IMG/VR virus record: IMGVR_UViG_3300044608_000291
DNA length: 20,000 nucleotides
Direction: 5' to 3' (one strand)
From: an uncultured virus (IMG/VR IMGVR_UViG_3300044608_000291)
Taxonomy: Duplodnaviria; Heunggongvirae; Uroviricota; Caudoviricetes
In this document: positions 8,574-17,166 of the stretch, piece by piece
Layout of the letters: each line of letters opens with the position of its first letter
How positions within the stretch are numbered: the stretch's first letter is position 1
Notes under the pieces: model-generated
Database searches by the model: none
What the model saw: the letters and a program-made list of their open reading frames with translations, nothing else
Told to the model about the DNA's origin: nothing
Program-made: the position numbers and the translations under genes

Positions 8574-11500
8574 TCTTCCAGCCCGTATGCTTTCAGTGAT
8601 TGAACAATCTCATTCTTGATCAGATTTTGTTCAAACATATTAATCTTGAGCAGGGCTTGACGATCGGCGGGCGAATAGGCAGTAGTCCGCCGAATCTCAT
8701 TAGCTTCTTGGCGCAGAGCGCGTAGCCGTCCGTTCACGTTCTTGTTGTATGACTCTACAATCGCCTCATCGAAAGGATGCTTGGATATGTAGTCGTCATA
8801 CTTGGGCGGATTCGTAGCAAACATCTTCAAGCGCCGCTCTATGTCGGCAACTTTCTGCTCAGCCTTTGCGAACTCACGTGCATCAACATTCCCGCGTGTG
8901 CCGAAGAAAGACCCAAGCAACGGAATGTCGTTCTTGGGGTTGAACGCTTTCTCGCCAGTGGAAAGCTGCGATATCCCGTATGGCATCTCAAATAGCAGTT
9001 TAGCAAAACCATCAAGATAGCTATTAGCTAGGAAATACATTGTGTTGGGGCTGATGTCGATGCCCCCATCGCTCTCGTCCGCCAAGAACCGCGCGGCATC
9101 CCGATAGATCCCCGGAATTTTGTCCCCGGCGGTATACGCATCACCAAAACGACGGTTTCGGTCGTTGTAAATATCCTGCCCTAGACCATTCTTGTTCATC
9201 GCAAACTCAATCAGCGGACGTGCAAAGCTAGGCGTAATCGAGTCAATAGCGAACTGAAGCGGCATCTCTGTAGCAGGCATCCGCGAGATCGGCAATGGGA
9301 TGAATGAGTCAAACGCGATCTGCGTGAATACATTAGCTAGCGCATCACTAACCTTTGCTTCACCGAATGTCGCTGAAGCTAGCTGTGCCCCGGCTGAAGC
9401 AAACGCGCCAAGGCCAAAGCCCCACGGGATCTGGATGATCAAGGGTTCGTCAAGATTCAATCCGAGCGAGTCTGTTACTGCCTTCGGGATGTGGAACCGT
9501 GCGTACCGAGTCCACTGCTGCATGTTGTCGTAGGCGACAGTATTGCGACCGAGGTCATCGTCATCCGACATCATGAGTGCCATCATGTAGACCATGACTC
9601 CGGACATGAGTAGTCCAGTCGTGGCGACTCGGGCATTCTTTTGCCGCTCTCCGTAATTCTTCCGCCATTTAGCAAGAGCGGCCGGGTCAGTTTGAATTGA
9701 TGTCGGAAGAGATTTCTCTACGCTTTTGATATCTCTAAACGCAGGCGCTACCGCTTCAATCGCGCGGACCGCACCAGTTGCAGCGGGACGGAAGAACATG
9801 AAGAGAGACCCGAGGATCTTGCCCCACTGTCCGACTTGTTCAAAGTTTGCAAGGTTCTTCACGTAAGCAACCGCTTTAGCTGCGGCCTCATCACGTGACA
9901 TGCCTTGCTTAATATAACGGTCTCGAACAGAAGCAAAAGCTGCGGAACGACTGGCGATCTCAAACATGTCGTTCCAGATATCAATAAACTTGTTGATATC
10001 TTCGACCTTACGCACAACGCCGTTTCGACCAATGCTCTTGTAGAGTTCTTGAAACTGAGAACGCAGGCTCATGCCTGCGAGATATGACACCATACCCCCA
10101 GCGCGGATGTACTCCACCATATCGCGGATGTACGGATCTTTCTGCGCCATCGAGTTGAGAGCGAGTTCAGCCTGTGCGCCACCTTTACCGTATGTGGCTG
10201 CAACCATCATGGCTTTATACAAACCATTGTTGAACACGACTCTATTTGAAAGAGTGCGCAAGAAGTCTAAGCCCGCCTTCGGCCCCATCTCTGCGCCAAG
10301 CGTAAACGCATTCGTGAACGCATCAGTCACGAAGTTCTTCGGCGCGAATTGATAGTTGTAGCGAGTATGGGTCTTACCGATAAAGCTCGTGATTCCATTT
10401 GCCGCCGTGATGATGCCTTGCACCAACGGGTCAGATTGTTGGAAAGTTTTACGGATCGATTCAAGATAATTCTTGTCCGCGATCTTCAATACGTAGACCG
10501 TGCCGTCTCTGTCATAGTGGAAGATGTAGTCTGCATTCTTGCTGTACTTCTCTAAGTCACCACTCTCTCGTTCAGCAAACGGGATGACCTTATACACAGA
10601 TCCGCCCAATAGATTCTGGCCGTCTGGGTTTTTCTTCGGGTTCGCATCCAGAGAATTTTTAATCGCAAGGGTCACATCTTTACGCCCTGCGCGAACGGAA
10701 GCCCGGACTGCATCCGAGAGAGCCTGCAAGATCGGGTTGTCAGAAACGGTAGCACGCCCTTCCATCGCGAAGGTCGAATCCTGCAACTCCGCGCCCATCT
10801 TGCGGCTATTGGGGTCAAGCATTTCATCAGCTTCGGTCGCACCAGCGACCTTTTTACGCTCTTTCCCCTTTAACGGGACATAGTGCTTGTAGCCGTAGAA
10901 ATTGACATGGTTCGAAACCGGGTCTGACCAGTAGTTTGATTCTTTATCCAGCTTAGCTGAAACGTCGGTTACTTTTTTCAGAGCTTTTAAGATGTCATCG
11001 ATTTCTTTTAGATTGACATTACGTTTGTATTCATCCGTGATCTGATCTACCGACGCTTTGTTCATAGCCGTGACTTGATAGACATCGGCATCATCTTTAT
11101 TAACCGGATAGAAGTTTGTATCGACTCCCGCAACGGTGCCATCTTTCTTGACGACTTGCAGCGGACTCTGCCCAAACTTATCTACGTATGCAGTCGTCTC
11201 ATAATTAACCGGCATACCATCAGCGTCGATATTTTTGAATACAAGTTTGTTGAGCCGCTTGCGTAAGGCTTCAGCTTCAGCCTTAGTGAGTTTGTCCTCT
11301 TTCAGAGACTTAAAGATTGCATCGCGCCGCGCATTCGCTTGATCAGTAAGTGGGACAAGCCGCAAGTATTTAATCATCCGACGCTCAGGTTCATGCAAAG
11401 CCTCAGTGATCAAGTGCAGTTCAGCGAGCACATCATCAATTTTCTTACCGGCCTTCTTCGCGTAGACATCAATCGCTTGCTCAAGTTCACGATAGACCGG

Positions 11501-14500
11501 TGCAACCTCGCGCAAATAATAGTCTTTGGCTTTACCCGTCGCGGTCGTAATCGCACTATAAATAGCCGTGGTTTTTGGCCCGCTATACGTCAGCTTCCCT
11601 GCCATCGCAAGGGCATCTTCCCAAAGCTTGATGAAGTAGCGATCGTTCTGAAGATTACGTGCAACCCGCTGCATCCCCGGCACACTGAGCAAAGTCTTCC
11701 GCCAGTCATTCACTGTACGTGGACGCTCTTTGTTGTTCAGTTGGTAGTCATCTGGGATCTTATTCAAACTAAGGACGGCTGCGGGCGCAGCAGTTGTCTT
11801 CTTAGCGGCAAGCGGTTCAACCTCAACAAGAGCAGGGGCAGTAATGATATTGCGGAAGATTTCAGCGGTCTCGATCAGCGCGTTACCTTCAAAGCCGGGG
11901 AGTGTGGCTAAGAATGCTTTGCCTTGTTTCGGTACATAACGCTTACCTTTTGGTTTCTCTACCTCGTCAACAACCGCATTATCTTCAGGCGTGACTAACT
12001 CTTCGACCGTATACAAATCGCGCTTCTGCTCCGGCTTCAATCGAGAATTAAGATCGCTAGCAAAAGCCTTGAAAAATTCGGGCCGCAATTCCATCGCAGT
12101 AGCACCGGGGCGCAGAAGATCAAACATCTTCATGAACATCTTCGTAAATTGATGGAAGAGGTTCGCGGCTTTCTTGGTGTACTTTGCAAGTGGACGTGAC
12201 TGGATGTTAGCTAACTCAGTTTGAAACCGAGTGTCGGTCATTGCGTAGCTGACAAACTCATACAGACTTTCAAACGCGGGCTTGAATCGTCCGTTTAACT
12301 TCGGTTTTGCAGCGTCAAAAATCTTCTGTAAGTGCTGCATTGCCTCGCGCTGCGCGTCAGTCAGCGCGGAGGGATTGGTCAGATACGTGTAAATCGTCTG
12401 AACAGTTACTGCATGAACAATCTCATGCAGGACCGTAGTCTCATCCATCCCGTCTTTAGACAGGTAAATCGTATTAGTCTTGGGATCATACTCAGCAAGT
12501 TTGCCAGCCGCCTTCAGCCGTGCGTCAACATCCGCGCCTGTCTTAAATTGAGGCGGGTTCTTCATCGCAAAAGCGCGAATCGAACTGGCGATGTGCGACG
12601 TAAGAGCGGCAGAGATCTGTTGGCGAAGAGCAAGGATGTCGGCAAAGTCGCTCGTTGCTCCGGTACCTTTCAACTCGTCTTTGCTAGGCTGATATATGCG
12701 TAGCCCAGTTGCTGTCTTGGCAATTGAATCTAATACACGACTAAGAATAATTGCAGGCCGAGCTTTGTCTGCTGATTCTAGGTCTTGTTGCAGAGTCTCT
12801 TTAAGGCTAGCGCCTTTACCCTTTTCTTGTTCGCTCTTGCGTGTTTCTTCAGCCGCGCGTTCATCAGCGCGGCGTTTAGTTTCAGCCGCTTGATCTTGTT
12901 CCCGTGTAGTTTCAATCACCTGCTGTCGCTTAGCACCGCGCACACCGGGGACATACTCGCCCGTCTTGACTAGTGCGTCGGCAATTTTATCAACCGCATT
13001 CGTTACGTCCTGTACAGTCGGTCGGAAGACATCAAAATCTTTGCCCGCCGAGACTTCATTGACTGGCACCCCAAGTCGCGCAGCAACATCCGCGTTTACC
13101 GAATCAGTAAATGTTTTTTGAAGCTCAGGCGATAGCTGCCCCCAAGCTGGCAGATCAAAATCCACTCGATCAGATTGTTCAGCGCGAAACAAATCGTAGT
13201 TAACAGCCGACCGCTGCTCAGGAACCGACTGTTTCTTAGACCGTAAATCTTCTAACTCAGCAATTGCAGTCTGATGTTCGTCATACGTGTTGCGACGAAT
13301 GTTGTTCAGATAGAAATCACGCTCAGCAAGTGTCAACTCGCCCCATGACGGGAGCGGTTTCTTTGCTTCACCGAATTCTTCTCGGGCTTCCTCGTACAGA
13401 TCAATTACCGGCTGAGGCGTAGCGCCGCGCTCAAGATCAAGTTGACCTTGTTCCTTTGGTACAGGAGGTTGACGGACTTCAGTCTCGGCAGTAACTGTCT
13501 CAACCGGTTTTGGTTTGCGCCCGCGACGCGGGAACATTTCAATCTGTTCACCAAGTGGCGCAGGTAGATCCGCAACAATTGCAGTTGGGGGAGTCAGCTC
13601 GACTTTTGGCGCTGCTGTTCCTTGAGCAGCCGCTTCTGTTCTTGCTTCTTCTGTTTGGACGGCTTGGGGGGCTTCAGTGACACTGGGGGCTCCTTGAGGT
13701 GGGGTAGCAGGAGTTAAAAGTGTGCGCGAGCCATTTGCTCGCATCGGGGAAACCAAACCAGCTTGTTCCATCTGTTCAAGCAATCGTGCGGCGTGGTTAT
13801 ATCCGATCCGGAGTTGCCGTTGAAGCAATGAAATTGAAGGCCGCCCCGTCTTCGTGACAACATCAACTGCCTGATCATAAAATTGCTCAGACGTAGCCGC
13901 AGGAGGAGTCGTAGCCGCAGGAGGAGTCGTAGCCGCAGGAGGAGTCGTAGCCGCAGGAGGAGTCGTAGCCGCAGGAGGCGCGGGGGGTGCAGGTGTAGTA
14001 ACAGCAGGCGCAGGAGGAGCGGGCGGAGGACCGAGATCCTCGGATAACAAACCGCTAACCTTTGCTTGACGTTCCGCTTCGGCTTTCTGTTCTTCTGGGG
14101 TTAACGCAGTCTGTGTCTGTGTTTGTGCAGCCGCTTCGGCTTCCGCCTTGGCTTGGAGTTCAGCGCCGCGCTTAGCTTCCTCTTCCTGACGAGCTGCCAT
14201 ACGGGTACGGGCACCACCAATACCCCCCGGACCAACAGACATGCCGAATGCAGCCGCGACTGTATCAATGTATTCTTTTAACGCCTCAGCATCTTGTAGA
14301 GAAAGCTTAGCGCCGTAGCGTTCAGCAGCAGTCTGGATCAACTCGACCGGCGTTTCTTTCGCGCCGGTAACAAGAATGCCTTTGGTGATGTCCGTGGCAA
14401 GGTTGCCAGTAGACTTGGGATTTAACTTAAACGCACCAAGCGCGATCTTATCGCCGATGAATTCCGCAACTGTTGAAACAAGACCCGCAGGAAGGACACG

Positions 14501-15268
14501 CTCAAGTTCAATGTCTTCTGGGCGTCCTGTTTCTTCAATAGCCCGACCCGTGACCCCACCAAAGCCTTGCACACCTGCTTGTGCGCCAAGACCAATTGTG
14601 GACCCGGTGCGCTTAGCTGCTTGTGTCAATACTTGCTTGGCTTCGCGCTCAACAAATTCTTTAGCAGCTTGTTCGCCGCTTTCTGCCGCAATCTTCTGCG
14701 CGGCTTCCATCACGCCTTTCTTGATGAGCGTCTTGCCCACCAGACCAGCAGCGGCACCGGGGATAGCCCCCACACCCCCGCCACCGATACCCCCCGCAGT
14801 AGCGCCCCCGGCCATAAACACAAGAGATTCAAGAACACTACCGAGACCCGCGCCCACCTGATACGGTAGCCAGTCGGTCAAGACAGTAGTGATTCCCTTA
14901 TCCCACGCATTTGTGAACGAGTCAGACTCGCGGACGGTTTGACGGGCTTCCCCCGCCTTCATAGTCTGGACACCGGCCTGCATCATCTCCGGACTACCAG
15001 CAACTTTGCCCGTCAATGCTTTTACCGCGCCATATGCTTCCTGCAATTGGCCGGGGATATTAGCGACCCCACGGAACAGATCACTGGACTTGTCTTCATC
15101 TGACAACCGACGTGGGCCGGGGGGAGGTGGCGTGTATTTCTGATAAGACGGCGCAGAGCTTTCAAATTGACCACGAAGATATGTCAGCCCCTCAAGTGAT
15201 ACCCCGTCTAAGTTGCCCTCACGTAGCGCGAGAAGATCAGGTAGAGAAAGCCGATCATAATCAATCAC
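8570..15268 (-). CDS. Large polyvalent virion/ejection protein (Gly-rich hydrophobic N-region, FtsK gamma domain, zincin HExxH peptidase-like domain, C-terminal LPD38-like region)
   Basis: 2232-aa ORF with GTG start and AAGGA SD; SISLLQRQLRIGYNHAARLLEQME (FtsK gamma); AEYDPKTNTIYL...TVLHEIVH...YEFVSYA; IQIPWGFG...PSFARPLIEFAMNKNGLGQDIY...DISPNTMYFLANSYLDG (LPD38-like). Confidence 0.9.
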   Translation of the reverse strand: MIDYDRLSLPDLLALREGNLDGVSLEGLTYLRGQFESSAPSYQKYTPPPPGPRRLSDEDKSSDLFRGVANIPGQLQEAYGAVKALTGKVAGSPEMMQAGVQTMKAGEARQTVRESDSFTNAWDKGITTVLTDWLPYQVGAGLGSVLESLVFMAGGATAGGIGGGGVGAIPGAAAGLVGKTLIKKGVMEAAQKIAAESGEQAAKEFVEREAKQVLTQAAKRTGSTIGLGAQAGVQGFGGVTGRAIEETGRPEDIELERVLPAGLVSTVAEFIGDKIALGAFKLNPKSTGNLATDITKGILVTGAKETPVELIQTAAERYGAKLSLQDAEALKEYIDTVAAAFGMSVGPGGIGGARTRMAARQEEEAKRGAELQAKAEAEAAAQTQTQTALTPEEQKAEAERQAKVSGLLSEDLGPPPAPPAPAVTTPAPPAPPAATTPPAATTPPAATTPPAATTPPAATSEQFYDQAVDVVTKTGRPSISLLQRQLRIGYNHAARLLEQMEQAGLVSPMRANGSRTLLTPATPPQGAPSVTEAPQAVQTEEARTEAAAQGTAAPKVELTPPTAIVADLPAPLGEQIEMFPRRGRKPKPVETVTAETEVRQPPVPKEQGQLDLERGATPQPVIDLYEEAREEFGEAKKPLPSWGELTLAERDFYLNNIRRNTYDEHQTAIAELEDLRSKKQSVPEQRSAVNYDLFRAEQSDRVDFDLPAWGQLSPELQKTFTDSVNADVAARLGVPVNEVSAGKDFDVFRPTVQDVTNAVDKIADALVKTGEYVPGVRGAKRQQVIETTREQDQAAETKRRADERAAEETRKSEQEKGKGASLKETLQQDLESADKARPAIILSRVLDSIAKTATGLRIYQPSKDELKGTGATSDFADILALRQQISAALTSHIASSIRAFAMKNPPQFKTGADVDARLKAAGKLAEYDPKTNTIYLSKDGMDETTVLHEIVHAVTVQTIYTYLTNPSALTDAQREAMQHLQKIFDAAKPKLNGRFKPAFESLYEFVSYAMTDTRFQTELANIQSRPLAKYTKKAANLFHQFTKMFMKMFDLLRPGATAMELRPEFFKAFASDLNSRLKPEQKRDLYTVEELVTPEDNAVVDEVEKPKGKRYVPKQGKAFLATLPGFEGNALIETAEIFRNIITAPALVEVEPLAAKKTTAAPAAVLSLNKIPDDYQLNNKERPRTVNDWRKTLLSVPGMQRVARNLQNDRYFIKLWEDALAMAGKLTYSGPKTTAIYSAITTATGKAKDYYLREVAPVYRELEQAIDVYAKKAGKKIDDVLAELHLITEALHEPERRMIKYLRLVPLTDQANARRDAIFKSLKEDKLTKAEAEALRKRLNKLVFKNIDADGMPVNYETTAYVDKFGQSPLQVVKKDGTVAGVDTNFYPVNKDDADVYQVTAMNKASVDQITDEYKRNVNLKEIDDILKALKKVTDVSAKLDKESNYWSDPVSNHVNFYGYKHYVPLKGKERKKVAGATEADEMLDPNSRKMGAELQDSTFAMEGRATVSDNPILQALSDAVRASVRAGRKDVTLAIKNSLDANPKKNPDGQNLLGGSVYKVIPFAERESGDLEKYSKNADYIFHYDRDGTVYVLKIADKNYLESIRKTFQQSDPLVQGIITAANGITSFIGKTHTRYNYQFAPKNFVTDAFTNAFTLGAEMGPKAGLDFLRTLSNRVVFNNGLYKAMMVAATYGKGGAQAELALNSMAQKDPYIRDMVEYIRAGGMVSYLAGMSLRSQFQELYKSIGRNGVVRKVEDINKFIDIWNDMFEIASRSAAFASVRDRYIKQGMSRDEAAAKAVAYVKNLANFEQVGQWGKILGSLFMFFRPAATGAVRAIEAVAPAFRDIKSVEKSLPTSIQTDPAALAKWRKNYGERQKNARVATTGLLMSGVMVYMMALMMSDDDDLGRNTVAYDNMQQWTRYARFHIPKAVTDSLGLNLDEPLIIQIPWGFGLGAFASAGAQLASATFGEAKVSDALANVFTQIAFDSFIPLPISRMPATEMPLQFAIDSITPSFARPLIEFAMNKNGLGQDIYNDRNRRFGDAYTAGDKIPGIYRDAARFLADESDGGIDISPNTMYFLANSYLDGFAKLLFEMPYGISQLSTGEKAFNPKNDIPLLGSFFGTRGNVDAREFAKAEQKVADIERRLKMFATNPPKYDDYISKHPFDEAIVESYNKNVNGRLRALRQEANEIRRTTAYSPADRQALLKINMFEQNLIKNEIVQSLKAYGLED
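13712..13888 (-). other. FtsK gamma winged-helix domain within the large protein (approx. aa 461-519)
   Basis: EQFYDQAVDVVTKTGRPSISLLQRQLRIGYNHAARLLEQMEQAGLVSPMRANGSRTLL matches the FtsK C-terminal consensus (YDQAV..V....SIS..QR.LRIGYNRAARL.EQME..G.VS....NG.R..L) along its whole length. Confidence 0.93.
13892..13978. repeat. 18-bp in-frame tandem repeat (~4.8 copies, encodes PPAATT)
   Basis: Unit CGTAGCCGCAGGAGGAGT repeated perfectly, directly abutting the FtsK gamma domain. Confidence 0.97.
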
Positions 15269-15270
15269 GT

Positions 15271-17157
15271 TTATTGTCCTTGACCAGACTTACGAGCAAT
15301 AGCTGCATTGATTGCGTTTAGATCCATACCGCCTGAAGAAGTGCCTAAGTTGATACCGGCGCGTTTAGCATACGCTGTATAGGTCTGCCGCGCGCGACTA
15401 ATTTCATCTTGGAATTGCTTGTCGAGATTCGACAACCTTTGAGCAGCCGTGTTGTACATGGATTCGGCTGTCTTATTATTTGGCTCTTTTTCTAGCATAG
15501 CGCGGGCTCTCGCCAATTGCTGCGCACTTGCCGCGTATTCGCCATTCGGTTTATTTTTAACTTCCGCAATCTGCGTAAATAGTCGGCTAAGATTTTTGTC
15601 TGCTTCAAGGAAGTCACGGTATGCTCTATCTTCCTGACGGCCAGTCTCAGCAAACCTTTGTTTGGCTTGTTCAAGCGCAAAAGTACGATCACGGTCGAGA
15701 GCTTGCGCCATAATGCTGGACTGATCGAGGCGGTTCTTTTCCTCATTATTCAGGAACGACCCAGCAGAACTCAAAGCAGAAGTCCGGGCACGAGTAGTTT
15801 CAGTGCGCCCAGCAGCCCCTGCTTTCTCTGCTGCACCACGTCGGCCAGCCTCAAGCCCACGGGCTTGTTCTTCTAAATCGAAGATGTCACGCATCCCGCG
15901 CTCACGTGCGGACTCTTCGCGTAGCGCGGCGTTCAACCCACTAGCCCCAGCAGCAGTCAATGCGCCGAGTCCACTTGTACGGCCACCGGCACCGATCAAC
16001 GCTTGAATCAATTCACGTCGAGGAGCGTTACGCTCAGATTCAGCTAACGTGCCCCGCCGACGCTCGACTTCAGCGGCCCGTGCTCTTGCTTCTTCCTCTG
16101 CTTTTGGCCCCGCAAGATATCTTTCGGTTTCCTCCCGAATACGCCTTGCTTCTGCGTTTGGATCCATCGAAATATCGGCTTGAGCCTGTTCTCGATATTT
16201 TAGACCCAGCGGATCCGGTGGTCCTGCTCGTTGTGCTGCTTGTTGCTGTAAATATGCAAGACCGCTTTCACGCTGTGTGGGTGCTTCGGGGCGCGGTGCA
16301 GCGGGGCGTGGTGCTTCGGGACGCGGAGCAGATGGGGGAGGCGTCTGATTATCCGTCGGGGGCGCTCCTTCATAGGTCGCTACACCACCGGGAACCGCAG
16401 TCGGATCACCAAGCGTTCTAGTCGCCGCTTCAGCCGCCTCACGCCGACGCACCCTATCATAAGCCGGTGTCATACTTGAACGATCGCCGCCGTATGCTGC
16501 TTCCGGTAGATATGGTATTGGCACACCAAGCGCACGTAATGGGCGTGTAACGCCGGTTTCAAACGCCCCCATAAGCCCGCGCGGTACAAGGGTCGCAATA
16601 TCATACCCAGCAGCGGCAAGTTTACGTAGCGCATTTAACATAGCTTCACGATCGCCACGAGCCTGCGCCGCTTCAACCTCCCGTTTTGCTTCTTCTGTGT
16701 CTCCAGCAGAACCGCCCGCTTGAAAGGCAACAATCCCACCTCCAGCCATCCGCACATTACCTGCGCCGGGAGCAGCAGCGATCCCACTCATCAACGGGCT
16801 TTGCTGACCTTGACCCTGCATAGCCTGCATGATTTGCTTTAGCGCGGCTTGCTGTTGACGTTGATTATTTTGGGCGACACCAGTTGCTTGCTGGGCTACG
16901 CCTTGTGAAGGATTTACTTCACTCTTCGCACCTTCAACGGCTTCTTGCTGAAGCGCTTCGACAACAGTTGGCTGTTGCCCTTGCTGCTGCGCCATATCCG
17001 CGATCATTTGATTTTTCGCGGACGCTTGCATCTCTTTAACTTTGGCGAGCGCAAGTGCGTCAAGGAGATTGTTGGACATGCCCAAGCGTTTCATCAACGC
17101 AGCAGGATTACCTTTAAAGGTTTGAACCCGCGAGTCAACGTCACTATAGATAGACAT
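15271..17157 (-). CDS. Putative internal virion/DNA-ejection protein (628 aa)
   Basis: Ala/Gln/Arg-rich coiled-coil, MAGGGIVAFQAGG motif, Pro-rich linker; immediately upstream of the giant polyvalent gene; AAGG SD. Confidence 0.7.
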   Translation of the reverse strand: MSIYSDVDSRVQTFKGNPAALMKRLGMSNNLLDALALAKVKEMQASAKNQMIADMAQQQGQQPTVVEALQQEAVEGAKSEVNPSQGVAQQATGVAQNNQRQQQAALKQIMQAMQGQGQQSPLMSGIAAAPGAGNVRMAGGGIVAFQAGGSAGDTEEAKREVEAAQARGDREAMLNALRKLAAAGYDIATLVPRGLMGAFETGVTRPLRALGVPIPYLPEAAYGGDRSSMTPAYDRVRRREAAEAATRTLGDPTAVPGGVATYEGAPPTDNQTPPPSAPRPEAPRPAAPRPEAPTQRESGLAYLQQQAAQRAGPPDPLGLKYREQAQADISMDPNAEARRIREETERYLAGPKAEEEARARAAEVERRRGTLAESERNAPRRELIQALIGAGGRTSGLGALTAAGASGLNAALREESARERGMRDIFDLEEQARGLEAGRRGAAEKAGAAGRTETTRARTSALSSAGSFLNNEEKNRLDQSSIMAQALDRDRTFALEQAKQRFAETGRQEDRAYRDFLEADKNLSRLFTQIAEVKNKPNGEYAASAQQLARARAMLEKEPNNKTAESMYNTAAQRLSNLDKQFQDEISRARQTYTAYAKRAGINLGTSSGGMDLNAINAAIARKSGQGQ

Positions 17158-17166
17158 AGCGCTACC

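Noticed and set aside
16633..16660. ATTTAACATAG, a 10/11 match to the XerD arm of E. coli dif
   Set aside because: No XerC arm at the proper spacing, it lies inside a CDS, and such a match is plausible by chance in 20 kb.
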